Below are positions 9,568-18,964 of a stretch of DNA of 64,000 nt, piece after piece. The DNA comes from Escherichia phage ph0011. The notes below the pieces were generated by a model. The model saw only the letters and a list, made by a program, of their open reading frames with translations, made no database searches and was not told the origin of the DNA. The stretch lies in sequence record OP557969.1; one strand, given 5' to 3'. The translations under genes and the position numbers were made by a program. Within the stretch, counting starts at the first letter, position 1. Each line of letters begins with the position of its first letter.

Positions 9568-10010
9568 TGTCATTACAAAGTGCTCTTGAAAAAGCAAAAG
9601 AACTTCATGCATATATTGAAGATATTAAGGCTGGGAAGTTCGAAGAAATATACAAAGCCGAGAATGGTAACTACTACAAGGATAGTGATTTTGCTACAAC
9701 TACAGTTATTCTTGGGTTGAATTCCAAAAGTCCAGTAGACTTTTCTCAATACAATCCAGATGCAGAATTTATTAGTTATGCTTATGGTGGCGAAATCCGT
9801 TTTTATAATCGCAGCAGACCTTTAAAATTGAACTTTGAAGTACTGAAAGGTCCGTGGGATAGTGAAGAGTACTACTTCCAGAATAGAACTTTGTATGATG
9901 ATGAAGTTCTAGATACTTTAGTTATTATGTGGTACTTTAAAAGTATTGATAGTACAAGATTTTATTTGGATTATGAATATGTACGTGAAGTTTATAAGGG
10001 TAAACGATGA
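9567..10010 (+). CDS. FamA paralog, ~150-aa SALE/WYFK subclass
   Basis: TAATG overlap; MSLQSALEKAKEL; SEEYYFQNRTLYDDEVLD; WYFKSID. Confidence 0.8.
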   Translation: MSLQSALEKAKELHAYIEDIKAGKFEEIYKAENGNYYKDSDFATTTVILGLNSKSPVDFSQYNPDAEFISYAYGGEIRFYNRSRPLKLNFEVLKGPWDSEEYYFQNRTLYDDEVLDTLVIMWYFKSIDSTRFYLDYEYVREVYKGKR

Positions 10011-10321
10011 AATTCTTATACAATATTCAGTACATTCCGGGTACAATTAGTTTAATGTATTTCTTCGACCATGATAATTTCCAACATCTTGCAGTTAGGA
10101 GATGTAATGAATCTTTAATGATCGAATATCTTCACGATTGTGATTATCTTCCTGACTTACTTGAATGTGATTACAGAGATGAGCATGAATCATTTCTGTT
10201 TCAGGAATCACTTGTATGGGACAAGAGAATAAATTTTTATGTTTTACTTGAGATACAAAAACAAGTAAAGTACTACTGGGATTACTTAATCACCCAAGAC
10301 TATATAGAGATTGAAATATAA
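10007..10321 (+). CDS. FamA paralog, short subclass
   Basis: ATGA overlap; core EHESFLFQESLVWDKR. Confidence 0.75.
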   Translation: MKFLYNIQYIPGTISLMYFFDHDNFQHLAVRRCNESLMIEYLHDCDYLPDLLECDYRDEHESFLFQESLVWDKRINFYVLLEIQKQVKYYWDYLITQDYIEIEI

Positions 10322-10764
10322 TGTACGAAAGTGATCTTAAGCACGCTGAAGAATTAGTTAATATAGTAAAGTTCTTTCAAAATAATGTAAAGTACTTAGA
10401 CTATAAAGGGGCTTATATTAGTACTATAAGTGTTGGTACAGATATTCTAGGATTAGGCAATGAATATAAGTACGAGTCCCATGATTATGACTTGGAATTC
10501 AAGTACTTCGTATGGGATTCTGGAACTTTCTATTCTATAGATGAAGATGGCAAATATTTTGAATTCACAGAAGAAGAAGTTCTATTCTTAAATTCAGAAG
10601 ATGCTTACTTTCAATATAGTACTATATACCCAAACGCGGCGTTAAGAGCTTTAGTAGTTTTTAATGCATTTCTGAAAGAGAACTTTAACAATTCTATATT
10701 CATTGATTTAGATTATGTATATGAACTAAATCAGGTGATATATATGGAGTCCAGAAAAGAATGA
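10321..10764 (+). CDS. FamA paralog
   Basis: TAATG overlap; MYESDLKHAEELV; core SEDAYFQYSTIYPN. Confidence 0.75.
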   Translation: MYESDLKHAEELVNIVKFFQNNVKYLDYKGAYISTISVGTDILGLGNEYKYESHDYDLEFKYFVWDSGTFYSIDEDGKYFEFTEEEVLFLNSEDAYFQYSTIYPNAALRALVVFNAFLKENFNNSIFIDLDYVYELNQVIYMESRKE

Positions 10765-11216
10765 GTTATGAAAGTGCACTAAAAAAGGCTAATGATATTC
10801 TACGCGTTGTTCAGTTCTTAAAGGACTATCCTGTTTATGTAGATGATGAACGCAGAGAAGTTTCTAATGGCACGAAGATTACAATTGATTCTTTATTTGA
10901 CACTAGCAGCAACAACTGTAGTACTATTGAATTAGCATACGATTATATTTCATTGAACAGAAAATATGATGAAGTTACGATAGAGCGTCATGAGGATGAA
11001 GAATCTTTTAAAATTTCTGATATTTTATCCCTGAGTACTGAAGAAGGGTACTTCCAGGGAAGTACTCTTTATAATGAAGAAACACTTGACAATCTATGTA
11101 CATTTAGTGTACTATATCAGAAGTCAGTACTGGATATATTTTATCTAGACACTGAAAAACTTGATAGGTTAGTTGATTTCGTTACTATAGAAGAGGCATC
11201 CTTTGAGAAAAATTAA
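10761..11216 (+). CDS. FamA paralog
   Basis: ATGA overlap; MSYESALKKANDI; core TEEGYFQGSTLYNEETLD. Confidence 0.75.
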   Translation: MSYESALKKANDILRVVQFLKDYPVYVDDERREVSNGTKITIDSLFDTSSNNCSTIELAYDYISLNRKYDEVTIERHEDEESFKISDILSLSTEEGYFQGSTLYNEETLDNLCTFSVLYQKSVLDIFYLDTEKLDRLVDFVTIEEASFEKN

Positions 11217-11739
11217 CATTAATGATTATGATGCATTACAAGATTTATCAAAAAAGATTCGCACTATCGTACCAGTACTGAAGAAATGCAGTACTGGATT
11301 AATCGATCCTAGTACAGTTATTAGTGAGAAGTACAATTTTCATAAACTGTTACAAGGGAATGGTGCATTCCAGAAGTGTGAGATACGTGAGACACACGTA
11401 ATTGATACATCATTGTTTTCTATTGGTGCACCTGTGTCGAATAATACTATTTTCCTAGACAACGCTGGAAATATTCAACAATTAACATTTAAGAAAAGGA
11501 AAAAGAACAATAACATTGGTGTGTATGCGATGAAGTGGGGTCAACCTGATTTGAAGCGTGAAATTCACATCCCTAAGTACAATTACAATGCATTTGACGA
11601 ACAGTGTTTTCAACTATCGTGTACTGACCCTGACTATGCTATCATTCAGTTCTATATGGAATTGCAGATTGCATTTAACAGTAATTTGTATATTAACTTA
11701 TTGGCGATGAACATCGATGAAGTATTCAAAAACATTTAA
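11203..11739 (+). CDS. FamA paralog
   Basis: TTG start after GAAGAGG; core FDEQCFQLSCTDPD. Confidence 0.65.
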   Translation: MRKININDYDALQDLSKKIRTIVPVLKKCSTGLIDPSTVISEKYNFHKLLQGNGAFQKCEIRETHVIDTSLFSIGAPVSNNTIFLDNAGNIQQLTFKKRKKNNNIGVYAMKWGQPDLKREIHIPKYNYNAFDEQCFQLSCTDPDYAIIQFYMELQIAFNSNLYINLLAMNIDEVFKNI

Positions 11740-11935
11740 TCGAATTGAATACATGAGAACTGTGAGTGCAGTGTGGGACATATGGTTCACTACTAAACCA
11801 AAAATGGATTACCATGACTTTAAGCTATTGTTCTTCGTTGGCTCTAACAAACAGGATGTTGCAATGAAGGGTTATATTCAGCACTTACAGGAACTAATCC
11901 AGAAGAGAATATATGAAAATAATAGACCAAGATGA
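11717..11935 (+). CDS. small hypothetical protein, FamB (LFYLGT)
   Basis: 72 aa; core HDFKLLFFVGSNKQDV..IQHLQELIQK. Confidence 0.55.
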   Translation: MKYSKTFNRIEYMRTVSAVWDIWFTTKPKMDYHDFKLLFFVGSNKQDVAMKGYIQHLQELIQKRIYENNRPR

Positions 11936-12104
11936 TATTGCTAAACTATTCAATATATATTCTTCTAAAATGATGCAAATCGACTCATATAGTACTGAAT
12001 TCAAAGAATTAAAAGTACTGATGTATTTGGGTACACAACATCAGGAACAAGTTGTTAAAGAATATATTGATTCATTACAGAAGGATATACGTTATGTACA
12101 ATGA
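11913..12104 (+). CDS. small hypothetical protein, FamB (LFYLGT)
   Basis: 63 aa; core EFKELKVLMYLGTQHQEQVV..IDSLQKDI. Confidence 0.55.
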   Translation: MKIIDQDDIAKLFNIYSSKMMQIDSYSTEFKELKVLMYLGTQHQEQVVKEYIDSLQKDIRYVQ

Positions 12105-12648
12105 GCTTGACTTAGCATTTGAACGTGTAAAAATCTTCATTGAAACTTATCTTATGCACAAAACTATATTGAAAACAAAAGGAATATGGTTCACTGATAA
12201 ATTTCTTACTATGGCTAAGAGAGATGGAATGGAACATCTTTACTGTACAGATAGTGCCAGAATTTCAGTACTGAATTATGATGAAAGTGTATCATCTGGT
12301 ACTAGTTTAATTTCGACATATAATGATAATATTACTAGTATTATGTATACTAAAAATTGTTCAAATGTTTCTGTATATAAAAACTGTGATAGTTCATTAT
12401 CGTACAATATCGATCAGTACTTTTATCCTAATACAGAAGAAAACATCTTTCAAAATAGTCTTATATTGGATGATACATCTAATAAATGTATATATCTTTA
12501 TAATAAATTAAAAGAGTACATTGATAACAGTTCAATTAGAACTAATACATTCAGTGTTTCTGTTTTAAATTATAATAAGGAAGATGTGTTTTATTATACA
12601 GAAATTGAAAGAATACATACAATGTATAAGGAACTACTATGTTATTAA
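12094..12648 (+). CDS. FamA paralog
   Basis: ATG after AAGGA (track 12052..); ELDLAFERVKIF; core TEENIFQNSLILDD. Confidence 0.7.
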   Translation: MYNELDLAFERVKIFIETYLMHKTILKTKGIWFTDKFLTMAKRDGMEHLYCTDSARISVLNYDESVSSGTSLISTYNDNITSIMYTKNCSNVSVYKNCDSSLSYNIDQYFYPNTEENIFQNSLILDDTSNKCIYLYNKLKEYIDNSSIRTNTFSVSVLNYNKEDVFYYTEIERIHTMYKELLCY

Positions 12649-13241
12649 ATGCAAATAAATGTTGTAGTGCTGATGTTCATGTATATTTTAAGAAATTAGT
12701 CAATGATATCATCTATATGCAAGAAATCATTTATCACAAAAGAATGGACTTAGAAAAAGCATTAGCTCAGTTCTCTTTTAATCTAGATGGTGATATATCT
12801 TTAGATGGTGATGGGTTACGTATAACATTAGACAGCAATTCCAATAGAGTTTTCTTTTGGATAGATAATAAATTATGTTCCTCAATTTGTCGCACTTTTT
12901 ATAACCCTATTTCGGACTTGTATCAATTGGTTTATTCGAAAGGTGCGGTTGAAGCATCATATGGTGATAGTTTTGCACTAGGGAAGTCCATTCCATATAT
13001 GCAAACATTTGATATTGAATTAGTCAGTACTGATGAAGATGTAATGTTCACAAATGATCTAACGATGCAGCGTGAATCTGCAATGAGATATATAACAAAT
13101 TCAATGCATACCTTCTTTAAAATAGCAGAATTTGATAATGTATATATATCAAATGTAAATATTTTCACTGACTTGTGTCAGTTTTTGAGAAATATTTTTG
13201 ATTTTGATGAAAGATATTCTAAGTTTTATACTGAGGTTTAA
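12639..13241 (+). CDS. FamA-like, decayed core
   Basis: 200-aa ORF; DEDVMFTNDLTMQ at the expected position. Confidence 0.6.
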   Translation: MLLNANKCCSADVHVYFKKLVNDIIYMQEIIYHKRMDLEKALAQFSFNLDGDISLDGDGLRITLDSNSNRVFFWIDNKLCSSICRTFYNPISDLYQLVYSKGAVEASYGDSFALGKSIPYMQTFDIELVSTDEDVMFTNDLTMQRESAMRYITNSMHTFFKIAEFDNVYISNVNIFTDLCQFLRNIFDFDERYSKFYTEV

Positions 13242-13246
13242 ATCAA

Positions 13247-13606
13247 ATGAATACCATTAGTATTACGTACTACACAACTAAAAAATACGTTTGTTGTTTA
13301 CTTTCTTTGAAGACTAATGATGATATGTTCAATAATGTGGCATATACATTAGAATTGTCAGAAGATGGTTTTCAATGTCATGAAGCATACTCAAATACAC
13401 GTGAAGATACAATTGATACTACGCTCATGCAAGAGGATGAATTATTTCAAGAAAGTTTAGTATGGGATAAAAAGTACTATTGTGATTTTGATTTTCTATG
13501 TTTAATCCAGAAAGAAATGAAAAGGATCTTCGACAATTATCCAGTGAAGAGATTAAGTTCTGGACCAGAGCAGTACAGGAGGATGATATTCCGATATGAA
13601 GACTAG
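13247..13606 (+). CDS. FamA paralog, short subclass
   Basis: core QEDELFQESLVWDKKYY. Confidence 0.75.
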   Translation: MNTISITYYTTKKYVCCLLSLKTNDDMFNNVAYTLELSEDGFQCHEAYSNTREDTIDTTLMQEDELFQESLVWDKKYYCDFDFLCLIQKEMKRIFDNYPVKRLSSGPEQYRRMIFRYED

Positions 13607-13931
13607 ATTAGTAAAAGTAATGTATGCTACACATATTAAACTACTTCTTGTGAAATTTGATTATAATAAAAAACACAATGAGTTTTATACTTTAATTCGT
13701 AATGAAGAATCATTTTCATTGAGATGTAATAATATACCAATGAAAATAAACGATTACACCACATTAGATGAGGGAGAACTATTCCAAGAATCATTAGTTA
13801 TTGATAGTAATATAAAAATAGATATAGAAATTATTAAGCAGTACCAGACGTTATTAAACAAAATTATGAATTGTTATCCCTGTAGAATAGAAGGTAATAT
13901 GCAATTTAAATCGAAAATGTACGAGTTGTGA
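13596..13931 (+). CDS. FamA paralog, short subclass
   Basis: core DEGELFQESLVIDS. Confidence 0.75.
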   Translation: MKTRLVKVMYATHIKLLLVKFDYNKKHNEFYTLIRNEESFSLRCNNIPMKINDYTTLDEGELFQESLVIDSNIKIDIEIIKQYQTLLNKIMNCYPCRIEGNMQFKSKMYEL

Positions 13932-13938
13932 GGTTTTT

Positions 13939-14475
13939 ATGTTAGATAAAATAATCAATACTGGAACACCATACAACCATCTTAAGTTGGATACATTTGA
14001 GTCAGCATTAAGTACTGCCCAAGATATAATTGATATTATTAAGTACATTAAAGAAAATAAGATAAAATGTTTAAAAAAGATAAATCATTCAATGTACAAA
14101 GATGACGACATTCATGTATCAGTTCTAAAGCCAAAAGATAAAGTAAATGGGAGAGATTTTTATAATAATAGTGGACAGTATGAATGCGAATATGACCCAG
14201 AATTTCGTGGCGGGTTCATGTGCTACAGTAAAAATGACACATCACATATTGAGATACGTACAATAAACGGTGGTATAACTAGATTGGAGTTCATTGATAT
14301 AGTTTTAAATCAGGAAAATTACTTCCAACAAACATTAATTTATCCTTCTTATTATGTAGGAGTACTATTCATGTACAAGTACTTCTATGTGCACTTAAAT
14401 GAAGATTTCTATATAGACTTAGAAGATTACCAATTAGTATGGGAAGAAATGATAGAACTTCGCAATAACACTTGA
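13939..14475 (+). CDS. FamA paralog
   Basis: GTGAGG RBS; FESALSTAQDIIDI; core NQENYFQQTLIYPS. Confidence 0.75.
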   Translation: MLDKIINTGTPYNHLKLDTFESALSTAQDIIDIIKYIKENKIKCLKKINHSMYKDDDIHVSVLKPKDKVNGRDFYNNSGQYECEYDPEFRGGFMCYSKNDTSHIEIRTINGGITRLEFIDIVLNQENYFQQTLIYPSYYVGVLFMYKYFYVHLNEDFYIDLEDYQLVWEEMIELRNNT

Positions 14476-14501
14476 CCCCCACCAAATCTTTGTGATATAA
14501 T
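14472..14501 (+). promoter_or_regulatory. early-type sigma70 promoter (TGTGATATAAT class)
   Basis: TTGACC ... tgTGtGATATAAT; -10 at 14496-14501. Confidence 0.65.
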
Positions 14502-14534
14502 CTCTTTAAATTAATTGTAAAGGGTTATATCGCA

Positions 14535-15008
14535 ATGTCACCAGACCTCAATTTCGATAATGCACAAAAAATCGCACAATATATCATTAAACTTCATAAG
14601 TTTCTCATAACAGTTAAAGAGGATATAATTCTACCCAAAGGTAAACTTTATGTGGGCAAAAATTATTTGTCATATCGTGGAAATTTATTGTATACTACAG
14701 ATGAAAATTTCTGTGGTATTCGTGTAATTGACGATGTACCAACAGGAAACTTTATCTCATATTGTTTCCGTACATCTAGTCGTTTTAAGTACTATCATCC
14801 TAGATATGATGATGAACATGACACATTTGATGTTAGGACAGAAGAAGATTTTTTCCAGAACAGTACTTTACACGATGAGAGAATTGTGTTGAGTTCTACA
14901 ATTTTTACAGTTCTTAAAGATGAACTCAACGACGCAAATGATAGATTCTATATGGATTTAAACTTCGTAGATGAAATTATGGAGTACATGGAGACGAATG
15001 GTTTATGA
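14535..15008 (+). CDS. FamA paralog
   Basis: LNFDNAQKIAQYI; core TEEDFFQNSTLHDE. Confidence 0.75.
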   Translation: MSPDLNFDNAQKIAQYIIKLHKFLITVKEDIILPKGKLYVGKNYLSYRGNLLYTTDENFCGIRVIDDVPTGNFISYCFRTSSRFKYYHPRYDDEHDTFDVRTEEDFFQNSTLHDERIVLSSTIFTVLKDELNDANDRFYMDLNFVDEIMEYMETNGL

Positions 15009-15475
15009 TTACAACAACATATGATTACGATGGTGTTTTGGAATTTGCATCTAACATTCATCGCATTGCTAAGGAGTTCAGAAGTCCCGAACCGTTTGGT
15101 GGAATGTTCCATTATGACATGTTCAGTTCACCCAAAGGAAAACTTGCCTATAAAAATAATAAGGGTAATCAAGTATATGCTGAAATCTTTGACGATAATG
15201 ACTTTCACTACAAAGCCGAATACATTTCATATTGTCCTGGGTCTGATTTGAAGATTTATATTGATAGGGATAAAGAAAATGTATTTGTTCCATATACTGA
15301 TTTAGTCTTCATGTCAGAGGAAATGTACTTTCAGGAATCATTGATTCATGATATAAAAGTTCTTAATGCTATATTATTATATGGTACACTACTTAATTAT
15401 TACAAATACAATCAAAGATTCTTTTTAGATTTAGAAGTATACTATATATGCGTGGATTATTTGAATGCAAAATAA
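15005..15475 (+). CDS. FamA paralog
   Basis: ATGA overlap; core SEEMYFQESLIHD. Confidence 0.75.
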   Translation: MITTTYDYDGVLEFASNIHRIAKEFRSPEPFGGMFHYDMFSSPKGKLAYKNNKGNQVYAEIFDDNDFHYKAEYISYCPGSDLKIYIDRDKENVFVPYTDLVFMSEEMYFQESLIHDIKVLNAILLYGTLLNYYKYNQRFFLDLEVYYICVDYLNAK

Positions 15476-15827
15476 GAAAACAATTCAGTACATCACTGAT
15501 GGCAATGAATACTTTGCTTCAAGATATGAATTCAGTGAGGGTCATTTCGTAACTTATATACCTGAATATAATCAGTTTTATCTCCAGATTTACCAAAAAG
15601 ATTCCAATATAAATGAATTATATACCGAAATAAAAATCCCAGATTATAGTACTTTATCAGAAGAGGAATTGTTTCAGGAGAGCACGATCAGTACTGAAGA
15701 TGTATACGAACTAATTGAATATCAGAAGGTACTTAAATATTTCCATAAATCACATGATATAGAAATGGATATGGTTAAACCGTGGCGTTATAATACATAT
15801 GAGGTAAATTATGTTAGAAATGATTAA
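15465..15827 (+). CDS. FamA paralog, short subclass
   Basis: core SEEELFQESTISTED. Confidence 0.75.
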   Translation: MQNKKTIQYITDGNEYFASRYEFSEGHFVTYIPEYNQFYLQIYQKDSNINELYTEIKIPDYSTLSEEELFQESTISTEDVYELIEYQKVLKYFHKSHDIEMDMVKPWRYNTYEVNYVRND

Positions 15828-16224
15828 AATCATACAACGCTGTCTTGTTGACAAATATGGTATATATGGATATAGTTTAAGTGCTCCTATTGACAAAAAC
15901 AAAACAACCTATGTAAGCTATAATGCAGTGCGTGGGTTTGATATATTCATTAGTACTAATCATCAAATTAAACAAGCTAAAGATGTGTCTATGATGGCCC
16001 CTGACGAGTTGTTTCAGTACAGCTTAGTTCTTCCTACATGTATCGATATACATCGTCTAGGAGCTATACAGAAGGTTTTACGTGAACATAAAATACTACC
16101 TAATAAAATTACACACATCCCAGAAACAATCTTCAAAACCATAGAAGTAGAAACCCCTGATTATATGTTAAGTGATGATGAGTTCTACGAGAAGCACTTC
16201 CCTGGTAAAGTTTGGAGAGACTAA
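15811..16224 (+). CDS. FamA paralog
   Basis: GAGG RBS; core APDELFQYSLVLP. Confidence 0.7.
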   Translation: MLEMIKIIQRCLVDKYGIYGYSLSAPIDKNKTTYVSYNAVRGFDIFISTNHQIKQAKDVSMMAPDELFQYSLVLPTCIDIHRLGAIQKVLREHKILPNKITHIPETIFKTIEVETPDYMLSDDEFYEKHFPGKVWRD

Positions 16225-16691
16225 TGAACCGAAAGTACAGAGAAACTATGAAGTTCACTAAGGAGTGTTTAGAGGTAGTTGATTTCATTTTCGATAACAA
16301 AGACTCTCTGGGTCATCACTTCGTAATTACAAAGAAAGAAGATAAGAGATACAAGTGTCAAAGACTAGGATACAGTATTGAGTTCTCCTTAATGAGTGAT
16401 GGAATGATTAACTCCTTATATGAATGTGGGAAGACTGATTACATTTCATTTAGATCATGGAGTGATAATATAATGTTCTTGAGTCCTAATGGAAGTAAAT
16501 ATCCATTTCTTAATGATTTATCAGAAGAAAGTTACTTTCAAAATAGTTTAATTTACACAGAAAAAGAACTCAAGATGCTATTCATTATGTCGTACTTTAA
16601 AAAGTACTGCAAATTTAAATTATTATCTTTTGAGATTTCATCAATGAAAGTATTCATTAAAAATGTAAAAGAATTAAAGAGGGTTTTTTGA
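16224..16691 (+). CDS. FamA paralog
   Basis: TAATG overlap (track 16212..); core SEESYFQNSLIYTEKE; SYFKK. Confidence 0.75.
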   Translation: MNRKYRETMKFTKECLEVVDFIFDNKDSLGHHFVITKKEDKRYKCQRLGYSIEFSLMSDGMINSLYECGKTDYISFRSWSDNIMFLSPNGSKYPFLNDLSEESYFQNSLIYTEKELKMLFIMSYFKKYCKFKLLSFEISSMKVFIKNVKELKRVF

Positions 16692-17233
16692 TGTACATAG
16701 AAAATGATAATGTAAAATGCATTTCTGACATTTGTATAAAATTAATGAAAATTTTCATTAACCCAAAATACAAGACTCGTTTATTACGTCATAACATTGA
16801 TGAACATTGTGTAATTACTATTTTAGGTAGTATGCTTGATGTAAAGTACGATGGAAAAATTCTTTTTGGTATAAGAGAAGAAAAGATTGAAGATTCCTTC
16901 TTTACTCCTAAAGATAAATTTGAACCTTCTGATTATAAAGTAATTATTCGTGATGATACACTATACATTAGTAGTGATTATTCCAACTTTTTGGACCAAA
17001 TATATACTGAAAATGTTGACTACTATCATGAATTATTAGATTTACCAAAAACTGACATAGATATGGAGAGAATTAAATTTTCATTATCATATAATGAGTT
17101 CTTAGGTATACAAACATATTATTCACTCAAAGGAAAGATTCCACCTTCTATGTATATAAGGATTGAGATTGGTAATGTATTCAATGAAAAAGTTCTATCA
17201 ATTGCTGATAAAATATTGAGGGTTGAATTATGA
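16691..17233 (+). CDS. FamA-like, decayed core
   Basis: TGATG overlap; ENVDYYHELLDLP at the expected position. Confidence 0.55.
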   Translation: MYIENDNVKCISDICIKLMKIFINPKYKTRLLRHNIDEHCVITILGSMLDVKYDGKILFGIREEKIEDSFFTPKDKFEPSDYKVIIRDDTLYISSDYSNFLDQIYTENVDYYHELLDLPKTDIDMERIKFSLSYNEFLGIQTYYSLKGKIPPSMYIRIEIGNVFNEKVLSIADKILRVEL

Positions 17234-17802
17234 ATATTATGAATTTTACAAATTACCAATTTCATAGGCTTGAATTTCGTCATTGTGTTGCATTTGCAAA
17301 AACATTGATGTGTATCATTGACACTCTTTCAAACAAATCATTTCTAAAGGATAATGATTTATTTCTGAAAAAAAATCGTGTGGCATCATCCGATGTCGGT
17401 GTCGAACTATATGTTGAGATCAGTGTTGATACGGAAGATAGTTCAAGAGTGGGGTGTATTGGCACTATTGGTACACATTGTTTTACATGGAATCCAAATA
17501 CAAGTCAAGTTCGTATTGATAGAAACAATTCACGTTGGGTTAATCTTAGTACTGAACCCGATTTAGAATCAGTAATGTTTCAGTTGAGTTTAATACACGA
17601 ACCTAATGAACTTCTTTATATTATTGTATTCAGTTATCTTTCACAAAATTACGATAAACCAACAGGGTTTTTCATAGAATCGGATATAGATGAAATTATG
17701 GAAGAGATTCCTAGTTTAAAGCATATTTTAGTACAGAAAGATTTCTATGAAGACTTCAGAGATTTATATGACATGCACTTAGGGTTATTTAAGAATGGAT
17801 AA
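17230..17802 (+). CDS. FamA paralog, long subclass
   Basis: ATGA overlap; core LESVMFQLSLIHEPNE. Confidence 0.75.
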   Translation: MNIMNFTNYQFHRLEFRHCVAFAKTLMCIIDTLSNKSFLKDNDLFLKKNRVASSDVGVELYVEISVDTEDSSRVGCIGTIGTHCFTWNPNTSQVRIDRNNSRWVNLSTEPDLESVMFQLSLIHEPNELLYIIVFSYLSQNYDKPTGFFIESDIDEIMEEIPSLKHILVQKDFYEDFRDLYDMHLGLFKNG

Positions 17803-18313
17803 AGATGGTATTCTAATTAGACTAATTAAGAGTTTGATGAAGTTCACAAATAATGATGTCGATACATACAAAGTTGGGGATATTGAATTCAAATCATTTG
17901 GTATGTACGGTGAAGCCAAAACATATTATGCATCAATAAAATTACAAGAATCACACGAAATGTTAATATCGTTATCATACGAAGATGTTGACCCAAGATG
18001 GAGTTCCAGTATCTCGTTATCGAGAATGGTAATTCGTAATAATCACCGATACATTTCGTCAAGGAATACTCCTAACTTGTTTGATATTGTTTTGAATGAA
18101 AATACCAACCCTATATCTAAACATGATATCGTACCTTTAACTGATGAAGTTCGTTTTCAGTTGAGCACCATTTGTGACGAAGATGTAATATCATGTATGA
18201 AAATTTACGAGAAGGTTGGGAGTGATATTCCCATGAACTATTACCTAACCATCGATGGAACGTACATCCGAGATGATGTTCTTGTGTACATTGACAGTGT
18301 TTTACCAAAATAA
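17795..18313 (+). CDS. FamA paralog, long subclass
   Basis: core TDEVRFQLSTICDEDV. Confidence 0.75.
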   Translation: MDKDGILIRLIKSLMKFTNNDVDTYKVGDIEFKSFGMYGEAKTYYASIKLQESHEMLISLSYEDVDPRWSSSISLSRMVIRNNHRYISSRNTPNLFDIVLNENTNPISKHDIVPLTDEVRFQLSTICDEDVISCMKIYEKVGSDIPMNYYLTIDGTYIRDDVLVYIDSVLPK

Positions 18314-18334
18314 AGACCCGTATGGGTCTTTTTG
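18312..18334 (+). terminator. Rho-independent terminator
   Basis: agaccc-gtat-gggtct then ttttt, directly after stop 18311-18313. Confidence 0.75.
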
Positions 18335-18344
18335 TGTTTTAGGC

Positions 18345-18373
18345 TTTACATAAGCATTCAGGTGTGTTATACT
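18345..18373 (+). promoter_or_regulatory. sigma70-type promoter
   Basis: TTTACA - 17 nt - TATACT with upstream TG. Confidence 0.6.
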
Positions 18374-18400
18374 TGATTTTAAATAAAATTGGAGGAATAT

Positions 18401-18964
18401 ATGAGTACTGAATTAATTAAAGAAGTCACATTACTTCTGAAACATTGTTTTAAGTACATTCCTGATACTGGTTCACGCCAGTACATTAAAGTTAATGAGA
18501 AATATAACATTAATGTCTTAAAGAATGAAACCGTTAACAGTTATGCAAACATTGAGTTAGATGTTGAGGACAAATACACAGCATTACACATCATTTCGTC
18601 AGGCGATAGAAAACAAGATTATCGTTCTACATTTTATGATGAGAGTGTTACTGTTGGTTATAACTTTCATAAAAATAAAATTGCGTACAAGAATACATAC
18701 ACACATGAAGTAATTGAAGAGTACAATTATAAAATTAAAAAAGACGAGTACGATGTACTTTTATTCAATGCGAACCTCATACATAATGCTTGCACAGTTC
18801 GCAATCTTATGTTAGCATATGAAATTCCAAAGGTGATAGAAAGAAATGAATTGATAATCTTCAAAACTATTTTAAAATTCAGTACAGAAGAATTAGAAGA
18901 ACTAGTACTGGCTCTTAAGATGTTCATCAATGAATATGTGCCTGTTAAATTAGAGGACTTATAA
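18401..18964 (+). CDS. FamA-like, decayed core
   Basis: ATG after GGAGG (track 18389..); DEYDVLLFNANLIHN. Confidence 0.6.
   Translation: MSTELIKEVTLLLKHCFKYIPDTGSRQYIKVNEKYNINVLKNETVNSYANIELDVEDKYTALHIISSGDRKQDYRSTFYDESVTVGYNFHKNKIAYKNTYTHEVIEEYNYKIKKDEYDVLLFNANLIHNACTVRNLMLAYEIPKVIERNELIIFKTILKFSTEELEELVLALKMFINEYVPVKLEDL

Noticed and set aside
8190-10010. N-terminal M-S-x-x-S-A-L-E of the ~150-aa FamA subclass as a T4-style capsid-targeting / gp21 (L/I-x-E) cleavage signal
   Set aside because: The spacing is inconsistent: A-L-E puts Ala, not Leu/Ile, at P3. The motif is absent from the other subclasses, and no similarity to the T4 internal-protein leader is evident. It is too speculative to report as a finding.
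6568-10010. Regular 360-470-bp periodic repeats that could be mistaken for a repeat array or CRISPR
   Set aside because: The units are complete protein-coding paralogs with RBS and overlap coupling. There are no short direct repeats with unique spacers and no cas genes.
10761-11216. FamA core resembles the TEV/3C-type protease site (ENLYFQ|G/S); 10761 even has EEGYFQGS
   Set aside because: Most members have an extra residue between Q and S/T (F-Q-x-S), and the P6-P3 positions vary. No chymotrypsin-like 3C/NIa protease is visible. The conserved hydrophobic residues after the motif suggest a buried structural element, not a linker. I treat it as coincidence unless a cognate protease is found.
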